From NCBI GenBank assembly GCA_965262725.1, contig OZ253555.1:1728001-1792000 (forward strand): a stretch of 64,000 nucleotides of DNA. Reading direction: 5' to 3'. The DNA comes from Dehalococcoidia bacterium (GTDB taxonomy: Bacteria; Chloroflexota; Dehalococcoidia; UBA2979). Made by a program: the position numbers and the translations under genes. This document shows, piece after piece, positions 10,129 to 19,509 of this stretch (within the stretch, counting starts at the first letter, position 1; the number at the start of each line of letters is the position of its first letter). Under the pieces are notes generated by a model that searched no databases, was not told the origin of the DNA, and saw only the letters and a list, made by a program, of their open reading frames with translations.

Positions 10129-10758
10129 ATGTTCGTCATCGTCGTTCAGATCCGGGCGAGCGACCCCGATGCGCACGCCGCGCAGCACGAGCTCTACGCG
10201 CAGCTCGCCGGGCGCTATCCGGGCATGACGTACAAGCACGTCATGCGCTCGCACGCGGACGGGGATCGCTACATCGACCTCATGGCCTGGGAGAACCAGC
10301 AGCAATCCGAGGCCTTCGGCGTCGACCCCGAGTACCAGCGGCTTCGGCCCCCCCGGAGCGCCACCCGCCCCTCGCCGAGCCAGTTCTCGGATGCGAACCC
10401 CGGCTACTACGGGCCCGTCGCCGAGATGGCGCGCCCCGGGGCGGCGATCGTGGGCCAGGACGTCGCCTTCGTCTCCGCGCGACCGGGGGGCGAGGGAGAG
10501 CTGGCCGCGGCGTCGCGCGACCTCGCGGCGGCCGCCGACGAGCTGCCGGCGCTCTCCTCGCTGCGAGTGCTGCGCAACCTCGGCTGGCCGGCGCAGCACG
10601 TGATCGTCGTCGCCGCGAGCGACGCCGCGGATATCGCCTCGGCCGAGCCGACGCGGGCGGCGTGGGAGCGCTTCGTCGCCTGCTGCACGGCCCCGCCCGA
10701 CTGGGAGTCGGGGCACCTGGTCGTTAGGTGGGACGCGGAGGAGCCGGCCCGGAACTAG
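10129..10758 (+). CDS. Putative two-domain dimeric alpha+beta barrel (ABM-like) protein
   Basis: GGAG RBS then ATG; ABM-like pattern PGM...W-E...SEAF. Paralogous to 11111..11821. Confidence 0.55.
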   Translation: MFVIVVQIRASDPDAHAAQHELYAQLAGRYPGMTYKHVMRSHADGDRYIDLMAWENQQQSEAFGVDPEYQRLRPPRSATRPSPSQFSDANPGYYGPVAEMARPGAAIVGQDVAFVSARPGGEGELAAASRDLAAAADELPALSSLRVLRNLGWPAQHVIVVAASDAADIASAEPTRAAWERFVACCTAPPDWESGHLVVRWDAEEPARN

Positions 10759-10782
10759 ACACGGGGAGAGGGGAGACGGTCC

Positions 10783-11106
10783 ATGTTCGTCGCGACGGCG
10801 GAGGAGCGGATGATCCCGGGCCACCGCATCGAGCTCGAGGCGGCGCACCGCGAGGCGGTCGGGCGCCTGGGCGCGGAGCCGGGCTTTCTCGGATCACGGC
10901 TGCTGCACTTCGCGGGCGGTCCCTACCGCTACCTCTGGGAGATGAGCTGGAGCTCGCGGGAGGCGTGGGAGGACTTCTTCGACAGCGGGCGCTTCGAGCG
11001 GCTGCGCGAGCCCATCGACGCGGAGCTCTCCGAGCCCTTCTCGCTCACCCTTTACAACGTCCCCGTCGCCGGCGAGAGCGCCGTGCGGCACGGTGCGGGA
11101 GTCTAG
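10783..11106 (+). CDS. Antibiotic biosynthesis monooxygenase (ABM)-like protein
   Basis: EPGFLGSRLL...Y...WSSREAWEDF pattern; good RBS. Confidence 0.7.
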   Translation: MFVATAEERMIPGHRIELEAAHREAVGRLGAEPGFLGSRLLHFAGGPYRYLWEMSWSSREAWEDFFDSGRFERLREPIDAELSEPFSLTLYNVPVAGESAVRHGAGV

Positions 11107-11110
11107 CGCC

Positions 11111-11821
11111 GTGTCCGCCGCCGGGAGCGCGAACCACAGCCCGCCGCTCTTCGCGGTGCAGGGCATCAGCCGCGTCCTCCGGGAGCCGGAGGTGGTTGGA
11201 CGGCATGAGCGTGCCTACGACGCGCTGCTCCAGCGCGTCGACTGCCCCGGGATGTACTGGAACCTCTACCTGAAGGGACTGGACGACCCCGCTTCCAGCA
11301 TCCACATGCAGGTGTGGGCGAGCCAGCGGCACTCCGAGGAGTTCGGCGTCAGCCCCGGCTTCCAGGCGCTCCGCGGGGAGCTGTCGACGTCGGGCGGACC
11401 GAGGGGCCTGATGGTGGGGCCGCTCTCGCCGGGCTACTGGAGGCCGCTCTTCGAGGAGGTCGTCCGGACCGAGCCGACGGGGTGCGAACTCGACGGCGAC
11501 GACCTCGGCGTCGCGCTCCACGGCCTGACCTTCGTGAGGCCGGGGAGCGAGCGCGCCTACATCGCGGCGGAGCGGGCGGCGGCGGCGGCGTTCGCCGCGT
11601 CGGGCGGCATCTACGCGATGCGCTGTTTGCAGAACCTCGGGCATCCGGGCGCCTTCACGTGGGTGCGCCACGCCCCGGACCGGACCGCTCTCGATGCGGC
11701 GCTCGCCGCGGCCGCGGATGCCGAGGAGAGGCGTGCTGAGCTCGCCGCGGAGGAGACGGTCGGTCGCTACCGCGTCTGGCTGCTCTCAACGTGGCCCGAG
11801 CGCCGCGCCGGCGCGGCCTGA
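11111..11821 (+). CDS. Putative two-domain ABM-like protein
   Basis: Shares motifs with 10129..10758. Start is GTG 11111 or 11093. Confidence 0.55.
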   Translation: MSAAGSANHSPPLFAVQGISRVLREPEVVGRHERAYDALLQRVDCPGMYWNLYLKGLDDPASSIHMQVWASQRHSEEFGVSPGFQALRGELSTSGGPRGLMVGPLSPGYWRPLFEEVVRTEPTGCELDGDDLGVALHGLTFVRPGSERAYIAAERAAAAAFAASGGIYAMRCLQNLGHPGAFTWVRHAPDRTALDAALAAAADAEERRAELAAEETVGRYRVWLLSTWPERRAGAA

Positions 11822-11927
11822 GGGCCGCCGCCGCGGATGCCGGGACGGGGATGCGCCCCCGTTGCCCTGAGGCGGGCGGTCCTCATCGCCAGGGTCCGCT
11901 CGTGGACCGCGCCGGGAGGACCCTGAG

Positions 11928-13058
11928 ATGGCCGTGAGCTACCCGGCGCCGCGCGTCGCCGCGGTGCACGCGGCCCCCGTCTTTCTCGACCTGGAGCGAT
12001 CGGTGGCGAAGGCGTGCGCGTTGATCGACGAGGCGGCGCGCGCCGGTGCCGAACTCATCGCCTTCCCGGAGTCCTACCTGCCGGCCTTTCCCCTCTGGTC
12101 GGCGGTGACGGCCCCGATCGCGGCGCACGAGTTCTTCCGCCGCCTGGCCCAGAACGCGATGCGGGTGCCGGGGCCCGAACTCGAGAGCATCGCCCGCGTC
12201 GCCAGGCTGCGCGGCGTGCTCGTCTCCCTCGGCCTGACGGAGGGCACGGACCAGAGCGTCGGCACGCTCTGGAACGCCAACGTGCTCATCGGGCCGGACG
12301 GCTCCGTGCTCAATCACCATCGCAAGCTCGTGCCGACGTTCTACGAGAAGCTGACGTGGGCTCCCGGCGACGGCGCCGGACTGCGTGTCGTCGAGAGCAC
12401 CGCAGGGCGCATCGGCATGCTGATCTGCGGCGAGAACACGAACCCGCTCGCGCGCTACGCGCTCGCGGCGCAGGGCGAGCAGATTCACGTCTCCAGCTAC
12501 CCACCCGCCTGGCCGACGCGCGATCCCGCCCACGGCGGCAACTACGACCTCGAGGCGGCGATCCGGCTGCGCGCCGGCGCGCACGCCTTCGAGGCGAAGG
12601 TCTTCAACGTCGTCGCCTCGGGCTACATCGATGCGTCGACGCGCGCTGCCCTGGCTCCGCTCGGTGCCGACGCGCTGCGCATCCTGGAGGAGAGCCCGCG
12701 CGGCATCTCCCTGGTCATCGGGCCCTCGGGGGCTCCCGTGTCGGAGACGCTGCGCGACGAGGAGGGGATCCTCTACGCCGATCTGGACCTCGCCGACAGC
12801 GTCGAACCGAAGCAGTTCCACGACATCACGGGCGGCTACAACCGCTTCGACGTCTTCCGACTCACGGTCGATCGCACCGCACAGCGCCCGGTCGCGTTCA
12901 CCGCCTCGGGCGAGCCGCGGGGCGGTGGCCCCGCGGCCGCGTCACCGGCGGATCGCGGCGCGCCGCCGCTCGTCGCCCGGGACGCGGGAGGAGACGGGTC
13001 GGGCGGCCGCGTCACCGGGGCCGGCGACGGCGGGGCGCTTCCCCGCCAGCGGGGCTAG
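11928..13058 (+). CDS. Nitrilase (carbon-nitrogen hydrolase)
   Basis: Catalytic triad in FPES, HRKLVPT and ICGENTNPLAR; GGAGG RBS. Confidence 0.92.
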   Translation: MAVSYPAPRVAAVHAAPVFLDLERSVAKACALIDEAARAGAELIAFPESYLPAFPLWSAVTAPIAAHEFFRRLAQNAMRVPGPELESIARVARLRGVLVSLGLTEGTDQSVGTLWNANVLIGPDGSVLNHHRKLVPTFYEKLTWAPGDGAGLRVVESTAGRIGMLICGENTNPLARYALAAQGEQIHVSSYPPAWPTRDPAHGGNYDLEAAIRLRAGAHAFEAKVFNVVASGYIDASTRAALAPLGADALRILEESPRGISLVIGPSGAPVSETLRDEEGILYADLDLADSVEPKQFHDITGGYNRFDVFRLTVDRTAQRPVAFTASGEPRGGGPAAASPADRGAPPLVARDAGGDGSGGRVTGAGDGGALPRQRG

Positions 13059-13156
13059 GCTGGGGACCACCCCGGTCGGCGCCGAAGGCAGCCCGGCGGT
13101 GGCCCGCCCGCCCGCGTCGGACGCGGGACAGCCCCGCGATCAGGATGGAGGTTCGA

Positions 13157-14248
13157 TTGCCCTACGACACGCTCGCCACCGAACTCGTCGGCAGTTACGC
13201 GAAGCCGCCGTGGCTCGTCGATCTCTCGAAACCGACCGCGATCGACCAGAGCGAGTGGTGGCGCGTCCCCCCCGAGCGGCTCCAGGCCGCCCAGGATGAC
13301 GCGGTACTGCTCGCGATCGCCGACCAGGAGCGCGCCGGACTCGATTACGTCACCGACGGCGAGCAGCGGCGGCAGAGTTTCTCCGGCTACTTCATGCGCC
13401 TCGGGGGCATCGATACCGAGAACTGGAGTGACCGCTACGGGGAAGGGACGCCCCGTACCAGCGACGTCGCCGACTACATCTCGATCCGCGACGTCTCGCG
13501 CCTGCGGACGGGGATGATGCGGATGGGCCCGACGGTGACCGGCCCGATCACCTGGGACGGTCCGCTCTCCGTGTCCGACCTCGAGTTCCTGCGCCGCCAC
13601 ACGTCGCGCGGGAGCAAGGTGACCGTGATCGGCCCGGCGACTCTCGCGGTGCGCATCGCCGACCGCTACTACGGCGACATGGGGAGACTGATGCTGGCGC
13701 TCGCCGACGCGCTCAACCACGAGGTTCGTGCGCTGGCGGCGGCCGGGGCCGACCTGATCCAGATCGACGACCCCGAGCTCCACTTCAACCAGTCACGGGT
13801 GCGCGACTGGGCGACGGAGGCGCTCTCGCGCACCGTCGCCGGCGTCGGGGCGCGGACGGCCGTGCACATCTGCTACGGCTATGCGCAGAACATCGCCAGC
13901 AAGCGCGTGAACCCCGCCTACGCCGAGGCGATGCGGATGATCGCCGCCTCCGACGTCGACGAGATCAGCATCGAGTACGAGCAGCCCGGCCACGAGCCGG
14001 ACGTCCTCGAGCACGCCGGCGACAAGGCGGTGATCCTCGGGCTGCTCAACCTCGCGCCGGAGGCACCGGTGGAGAGGACCGAGCACATCGTGGAGCGGGC
14101 GCGCGCGGCACTTCAGATGCTGCCGCCGGAGCGGCTGCGCCTGGCGCCCGACTGCGGCATGTGGTTCCTCCCGCGCGAGACGGCGCAGCGCAAGATCAGC
14201 GCGCTCGCCGCCGCGTCGAGGGCGCTGCGCACGGAACTCGGCCACTAG
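13157..14248 (+). CDS. Cobalamin-independent methionine synthase II (single-barrel MetE-like) family protein
   Basis: VGSYAKP, DQERAGLDYVTDGEQRR, zinc ligands HICYG and PDCG. Start is TTG 13157 (GGAGG RBS) or ATG 13145. Confidence 0.85.
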   Translation: MPYDTLATELVGSYAKPPWLVDLSKPTAIDQSEWWRVPPERLQAAQDDAVLLAIADQERAGLDYVTDGEQRRQSFSGYFMRLGGIDTENWSDRYGEGTPRTSDVADYISIRDVSRLRTGMMRMGPTVTGPITWDGPLSVSDLEFLRRHTSRGSKVTVIGPATLAVRIADRYYGDMGRLMLALADALNHEVRALAAAGADLIQIDDPELHFNQSRVRDWATEALSRTVAGVGARTAVHICYGYAQNIASKRVNPAYAEAMRMIAASDVDEISIEYEQPGHEPDVLEHAGDKAVILGLLNLAPEAPVERTEHIVERARAALQMLPPERLRLAPDCGMWFLPRETAQRKISALAAASRALRTELGH

Positions 14249-15641
14249 CAGGGTCGGGAAAAAGGCCCCCTTTGGCGCGGCCACGGAGCGAATCACCGCC
14301 AAGAGGGCGTATGCGGCGTCATTTCGGGGCCGATTCTGGCCCCCTCCGGGGCTCTCTCACCCCGTCCGGGCGCCCCGGGACCTACTCCGGGCGCACTACG
14401 CCCGTGACAGCGCGGCGTCGATATTGGCCACGCGCACCAGGTTGTACGCGGCAGCGCCCATCTCCATCCAGAAACCGTTGACCTGTTCGCCGATGTAGCG
14501 GAGCTTGCGCCCGCCCCCCACGGTCTTCAGCCACCCGAAGCTCTCCTCCACCATCTTGCGCCGGCGCTGACTCACCTCGTAGCCGGGCGTCTGCGCCACC
14601 TCCTCGGGGATGGCGCTGTGCTTCGCTCGCCGTGCCACGTGCGGCACGACCCCGAGTTCGCACAGCCCCTCCACGAAGTGCTTCGCGTCGTATCCCTTGT
14701 CGGCGCCCAGCGTCGCCCCCGGTGTCAGGCTGCGCTCGGCCATGGCCAGCGCCGCATCCCGCTCCGCCCGCCCGTGCGCCGTCGTGAGCTCGACATCGAC
14801 GATGAGCCCGTTGCGGTTCTCCGTCATCACATGCCCGATGTAGCTCGGGCGCGCCGCCTGCCCGTTCCCCTTCCGGTACAGGTGCGCGCCGGGATCGGTC
14901 GTGCTGACGTGGGTGTCCCGGTGCCGGCGCTCGCCGCGGAAGTCGACGTCCGGATTGCGGCCCGCAGGCTTGTCCCCGTCCTGCTCGTCGCGTGACCGGT
15001 AGCTCTTGTGCGACGCCCACGCCTCGAGCTGCGACCCGTCGACCGTGAAGTGCTCCTCGGACAGCAGGTTCCGCTCCCTCGCCTCCCTCACGACTTCCTC
15101 GAAGAACCCCCGGGCGATGTCGCCGTCAAGGAGCCGGGAGCGGTTCTTCGAGAACGTGGAGCGGTCGAAGGAACCGGGGTCTCCCGGGAGGTCGAGGAAC
15201 CACTTGAACGCCATGTCGGACCGCAGCCGCTCGCAGAACTGGCTCTCGCTACGAATCGAGAAGAAGGCGATGAGGAGTGTCGACTTGAGCAGCGTCTCGG
15301 GCGGAATCGACGGTCGCCCGGACTCGCTGTAGAGACCGTCGAAGCGCGGGGAGAGATTGGCGAGCGCCCGGTCGACGATGGGCTTGATGCGTCGGAGCGG
15401 GTGGTCGCTGGGGACGAACATCTCCGGGTAGGTGAGAGTGGCGCGGCCCTGGTCCTCGCTCTGTCCTCGCATCGATATCCTCCCTCGTGGGGGTCCCTCT
15501 TGTATGATCGTTAGTGTACTCGTCTTATCAGTTACAGTCGACCACTACCTGGGGCTTCTGACAGCTACCGGGGGCGTTTGTTGCACCCGCGGGGCACCGC
15601 CGGCCATGCTCCGGGCACCCAGGGAGAAAATCACAACCCTG
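14249..15641 (-). mobile_element. Complete insertion sequence (1393 bp), IS5-family-like
   Basis: Imperfect terminal inverted repeats CAGGGTCGGGA / CAGGGTTGTGA; CTAG at 14245-14248 and 15642-15645; one transposase gene. Confidence 0.88.
14396..15472 (-). CDS. DDE transposase, IS5 family
   Basis: VPSDHPLR, GRPSIPPE, FTVDGS, LGADKGYD, RKMVEESFGWLK. Confidence 0.92.
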   Translation of the reverse strand: MRGQSEDQGRATLTYPEMFVPSDHPLRRIKPIVDRALANLSPRFDGLYSESGRPSIPPETLLKSTLLIAFFSIRSESQFCERLRSDMAFKWFLDLPGDPGSFDRSTFSKNRSRLLDGDIARGFFEEVVREARERNLLSEEHFTVDGSQLEAWASHKSYRSRDEQDGDKPAGRNPDVDFRGERRHRDTHVSTTDPGAHLYRKGNGQAARPSYIGHVMTENRNGLIVDVELTTAHGRAERDAALAMAERSLTPGATLGADKGYDAKHFVEGLCELGVVPHVARRAKHSAIPEEVAQTPGYEVSQRRRKMVEESFGWLKTVGGGRKLRYIGEQVNGFWMEMGAAAYNLVRVANIDAALSRA

Positions 15642-15645
15642 CTAG

Positions 15646-15750
15646 GGCGGCGCCCCTGCGCGGCGCGCGGATCTCGGGAGCGATGCGCTCGGCCGCCTCC
15701 GCGGCGAGAGCGTGCCCGCAGTCCTCGAACTCGTGCACATCGGCATCCAC
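15646..15750 (-). pseudogene. Remnant C-terminus of an alpha/beta hydrolase
   Basis: DADVHEFEDCGHALAAEAAERIAPEIRA resembles the catalytic-His region; the rest of the gene is absent. Confidence 0.45.
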
Positions 15751-15793
15751 GGGCGCCGGGGTCCAGCGCGGCCGCCGGCACCGCGGGGCCGGG

Positions 15794-16465
15794 TTACGCG
15801 CCCTCTCCCCCGACGTGCGCCCAGGGCGCGCGCGTGCCCCAGCGCTCCTCGGCCACGACCTCGGCGAGCGGGCGGCGGCGCACGGTGCCGAAAGGCGTCG
15901 CCGGATAGCCGAGGGGGATGCAGTAGACGACCTGTGCCTGAGGCGGGATGTCGAAGAGTGCGTGGACGCGCTCCTCCACGACCGGGTGGAGCGTCGTGAT
16001 CGTGCCGCCGATCCCGAGCCCGCGGGCGGCGAGTAGCAGGTTCTGCGCGGCCGGGATGACGCACGTCGCGGCGTCGAGGCCGCGCTCGGTGGCGCAGAGC
16101 AGGACCATCGCCGGGACCGTCGCGAAGTCCTCGGCCAGGCGGTGAGCGTGCGGCATGACGCGGTGGCCGGCCGGGAAGTCCTCGACCGATCGGATTCCGA
16201 CCTCGCCCCGCTTCGCCCACCACGCCTCCAGGTAGAGCCGGGCGAACGCCTCGATCTGCGCCCGCTCACGCACCGCGATGAATCGCCAGCCCTGCGAGTT
16301 TCCGCAGGACGGGGCGCGCGTCGCCGCCTCCAGGATCGCCCGCAGGTCGTCGTCGGGAAGGGGCTCGGGCCGGAAGCGGCGGATCGCTCGCAGCGTGTAG
16401 AGCGCCTCGCCGAGCGGCATCGGCATCCGCGCCGCGGCGGTCTCGTCGGCGGGCGTGCTGCTCAT
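15794..16465 (-). CDS. Nitroreductase family protein
   Basis: RAIRRF, APSCGNSQGWRF, AQNLLLAARGLGIG, IPLGYP. Confidence 0.9.
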   Translation of the reverse strand: MSSTPADETAAARMPMPLGEALYTLRAIRRFRPEPLPDDDLRAILEAATRAPSCGNSQGWRFIAVRERAQIEAFARLYLEAWWAKRGEVGIRSVEDFPAGHRVMPHAHRLAEDFATVPAMVLLCATERGLDAATCVIPAAQNLLLAARGLGIGGTITTLHPVVEERVHALFDIPPQAQVVYCIPLGYPATPFGTVRRRPLAEVVAEERWGTRAPWAHVGGEGA

Positions 16466-16596
16466 GGGGGCCCTTTCGTCGCGCATCACCTCTCGGAGTC
16501 AATCTTCATCGCACAGCGCCCGAGGCAGGCGCAACACCGGAGGACGCGCTGCTGGTGGTGGCGCCGGGCGGAGCCGCGGAGGGCCCGCGACACGGT

Positions 16597-16605
16597 TGCT
16601 AGAAT
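16597..16605 (+). promoter_or_regulatory. Extended -10 promoter (TGcTAGAAT)
   Basis: Lies 28-40 nt upstream of the DUF427 start candidates. Confidence 0.5.
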
Positions 16606-16645
16606 GACCTGCCGCACGACGCGCGGCGGGGAGATGGGGATACAG

Positions 16646-16930
16646 ATGGCTCGAGCACGGTGGAACGGCGCGGTCATCGCCGAGAGCGACGAGTACGAGA
16701 TCGTCGAGGGGAATGTCTACTTCCCGCGCTCGGCGGTGATGACCGAGTACCTGATCGAGAGCGAGACGGAGAGCGTCTGCCCCTGGAAGGGGACGGCCCG
16801 CTACTACTCGATCGAGGTCGCCGGCGATCGAAACCAGGATGCCGCCTTCTGGTACCCCGACCCCAAGGAGGCGGCCAGCAACATCGCCGACCATGTCGCC
16901 TTCTGGAATGGCGTCGAGGTGGAGCGCTAA
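16646..16930 (+). CDS. DUF427 family protein
   Basis: WNGAVIAES, VEGNVYFP, CPWKGTARYY, WYPDPK. Alternative start ATG 16634. Confidence 0.9.
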   Translation: MARARWNGAVIAESDEYEIVEGNVYFPRSAVMTEYLIESETESVCPWKGTARYYSIEVAGDRNQDAAFWYPDPKEAASNIADHVAFWNGVEVER

Positions 16931-17174
16931 CCCCGGATCGCTCTCGTCCCCGGCGCCGGGGCGTGCCCGCTAGCTCCCGGCGCCGCCGAGGGGCATCCCG
17001 CGTATCCGCTTGCCGTCGCCCGATTGCCGGGTGGCGTGAGGGGGTGGCCGTCCCGCCGGGAGCCGAGTCGGGCGGTGGCCACGGAGGGACGGCCGGCCGG
17101 ACGCGGCGGCGACTGGCGGCAGGTGCGGAGGGCCGGCCGCGGCCGGCCCTCCCGCTGCGAACAGCGATCGGTCG

Positions 17175-18098
17175 CTACTGCGCGAGCAGCCCCTTCATCT
17201 CCAGCCACTCACGCGCCACGTTATCGGACTCGCGCAGCTCGAGGTCGGTCTCGATGTTCCACGCCACGAGGTCGTCGGTGGTGATGAGCGCGCTGAGAGT
17301 GTTGAGGGCGTCGCGGAGATCGGAGCCCCACGCCTCCAGCACGGCGGTGCTGATGATGGGCGCGATGTTCTGGGCCGGGTGGAGTCCCTTGTCGTCCTCG
17401 AGCACGCGGAAGCCCTCGACCCCGATCTGGGGTGCGGTCGTGTTCCAGACGACGGCATCCACCTCGCCTGCCGCGAGCGCCTCTCCGAGGAGCGGGCCGA
17501 ACTCGATCGTGACCGTATCGGCGAACTCGATCCCGTAGACCTCCGGGGCCGTGTAGCCGAGGAAGCACTGGGGCCGCTCGAAGCACGCGGCCGAAGCCCC
17601 GAACACGTAGTCGAGGGCAGCGACGTCGGAGATCGTCTGCGCCTCCGAATCGCCCCGAACCACGAAGGCGTCGCCGTCGACCGCCGGGGAGTAGTCGAGC
17701 ACGGTCGCGCCTGCGGCCTCGTGGATCGGGCTGATGGTCGCGATGATCGCGTCGGGGTCGGCGGCGTCGACCTGGGCATCGGGTGCGAGCGCGGTCAGCT
17801 CGCCGCCGATGTAGTCGACGATCAGGTCGATATCACCGTTCCGGAGGCCCTCGATCGCCTCGGTGCGGAATCCGGCCGCCGTCAGGATCTCGACGTCGTA
17901 GCCCCGGGCAACTAGGTACTGCCCGTAGACCTCGGCGATCGTCACCGCCTCGCTGAAGGCCTGACCGCGAATGCGGATGGTCGGCCCGTCCGCGCCGTTG
18001 ATGGTCGGTCCGTCCGCGCCGTCGTCGTCGCCGCACGCAGCCGCCGGCAGAGCGGCCATCACGACCACGGCCAGGAACACGCCGATCTTCCTTCTCAT
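17175..18098 (-). CDS. Osmoprotectant (glycine betaine/choline-type) ABC substrate-binding lipoprotein
   Basis: Signal peptide ending in lipobox-like PAAAC; DYIGG, CFERPQC, LEDDKG. Confidence 0.85.
   Translation of the reverse strand: MRRKIGVFLAVVVMAALPAAACGDDDGADGPTINGADGPTIRIRGQAFSEAVTIAEVYGQYLVARGYDVEILTAAGFRTEAIEGLRNGDIDLIVDYIGGELTALAPDAQVDAADPDAIIATISPIHEAAGATVLDYSPAVDGDAFVVRGDSEAQTISDVAALDYVFGASAACFERPQCFLGYTAPEVYGIEFADTVTIEFGPLLGEALAAGEVDAVVWNTTAPQIGVEGFRVLEDDKGLHPAQNIAPIISTAVLEAWGSDLRDALNTLSALITTDDLVAWNIETDLELRESDNVAREWLEMKGLLAQ
17976..18023. repeat. 24-bp tandem duplication encoding (D/N)GADGPTI twice
   Basis: gatggtcgg(c/t)ccgtccgcgccgt(t/c) x2 in the lipoprotein linker. Confidence 0.8.
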
Positions 18099-18841
18099 CC
18101 GGTACTCCCCCTACCATCCGCTGCCGCGCGCCTGAGCCGGCGTACTCCGTGCGGTACCACCACGCGCTCGACCAGACTGACGGCCACGCTCGTCGTGGCC
18201 GCGAGCACCGCAATCAAGAGCGCCCCGCCGATGATCAGCGTGTCGTTGTTCTGCCCGAGTCCGTCGCGAACATACCGCCCTAGTCCGTCACCGCCAAGGA
18301 AGGCGCGGATCGGCTCGGTCGCGACGACCTGCACGGCGGCCACCCGGATACCGGTGAAGACGACGCCCATGGCGAGCGCGAACTCAACCCGGAGCAGGAT
18401 GGACCGCTCCCCGAAGCCCATCGCGCGAGCCGCGTCGACGGTGCCCGGCTCGACGTGGCGGACCGCCGTGTAGGTGTTGAGGTAGAGCGGCGGCAGGGCG
18501 AGCACGAGCAGCGCGATGAAGATCGGCCACGGCTCGAACCCCCATCCCCGGCGCAGCGCCACGGGCACGAGCAGGGCGGCCACTGCGAAAGTCGGAACCG
18601 CGCGGCCCAGAGTCACGAGCCCGGTTGCCGTCAGCTCGCCCCGGCGGAAGTGCGCGAGGAGCGCGGCCGACGGGACGGCGAGAAGCATCGCTGCGCCCAT
18701 CACGGCGGCGCAGAGCGTGATCGTGTCCAGTCCCGAGCTCAGGATCCCGTCGGGACCCAGCCACGTGTCGACGTCGGTGAGCCACTCCATGAGCCCGATG
18801 CCGCGCGGGACCGCCGCCTGAGCGATGGGGAGGGGGTTCAT
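18095..18841 (-). CDS. Osmoprotectant ABC permease
   Basis: GRAVPTFA, EAA-loop DAARAMG, GGDGLG; overlaps both neighbours. Confidence 0.88.
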   Translation of the reverse strand: MNPLPIAQAAVPRGIGLMEWLTDVDTWLGPDGILSSGLDTITLCAAVMGAAMLLAVPSAALLAHFRRGELTATGLVTLGRAVPTFAVAALLVPVALRRGWGFEPWPIFIALLVLALPPLYLNTYTAVRHVEPGTVDAARAMGFGERSILLRVEFALAMGVVFTGIRVAAVQVVATEPIRAFLGGDGLGRYVRDGLGQNNDTLIIGGALLIAVLAATTSVAVSLVERVVVPHGVRRLRRAAADGRGSTG

Positions 18842-19509
18842 GCGCGTCTCCGCCTCGTCCAGGGCGTCGCCGCCGCGCCGAGGTGGTAGATCGCGACGTC
18901 CAGCATCAGCGCGAGCAGGATCGAGAGGGAGGCGCCGATCGTCATCGGCGTCCAGAACGCGCGGCGCAGTCCATCGAGGATCAGGCGGCCGAGACCGCCC
19001 TGTCCGATGATGGCCGCGACGGTGACGAGTCCCACCGTGGAGACGGTCGCGATGCGGATCCCCGTGATGATGTAGGGGAGCGCGAGTGGCAGCTCCACGG
19101 TCAGCACGCGCCGCCTCCGGGTCATCCCCATGCCGGATGCCGCCTCCCTCACCTCGGCCGGGACCGAGCGAAAGCCGTCGTTGATCGCCGTGATCAGGAT
19201 CAGGAGCGTGTAGCCGGCGAGCGGAAGCACGGCCGTGGCGCGGCTCAGCCCCGTGTACGGGACCAGCAGGCCGAAGAGCGCCACGCTCGGGAGCGTGTAG
19301 AACGCCGCCGCGCCCGCCGTGATCGTCGGCGCTCCCCGCTCGTAGCGGAGCGCCACCGCGGCGAGGATCGCCGAGAGAAGAAGGCCGAGGCCGAGTGCGA
19401 GCAGGGTCAACTCCAGGTGCTGAAGGAGAGCTGCCTGGATCTGGTCCCATTCATCGATGAACCACGACCAGCGGACGATCGGGTTGTTCGCCTGTAGAGC
19501 GGGCATCAC
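18838..19509 (-). CDS. Osmoprotectant ABC permease
   Basis: YTLPSVALF, EAASGMG, VELPLALP, GGLG. Confidence 0.9.
   Translation of the reverse strand: MMPALQANNPIVRWSWFIDEWDQIQAALLQHLELTLLALGLGLLLSAILAAVALRYERGAPTITAGAAAFYTLPSVALFGLLVPYTGLSRATAVLPLAGYTLLILITAINDGFRSVPAEVREAASGMGMTRRRRVLTVELPLALPYIITGIRIATVSTVGLVTVAAIIGQGGLGRLILDGLRRAFWTPMTIGASLSILLALMLDVAIYHLGAAATPWTRRRRA

Noticed and set aside
13157-14248. Canonical metE
   Set aside because: Only one barrel (about 360 aa); the folate-binding N-terminal half is absent, so no symbol was assigned.
15523-15533. 11-bp match (TCTTATCAGTT) between the IS interior and 5923-5933
   Set aside because: Short, in a different context and not at an IS terminus; probably chance.
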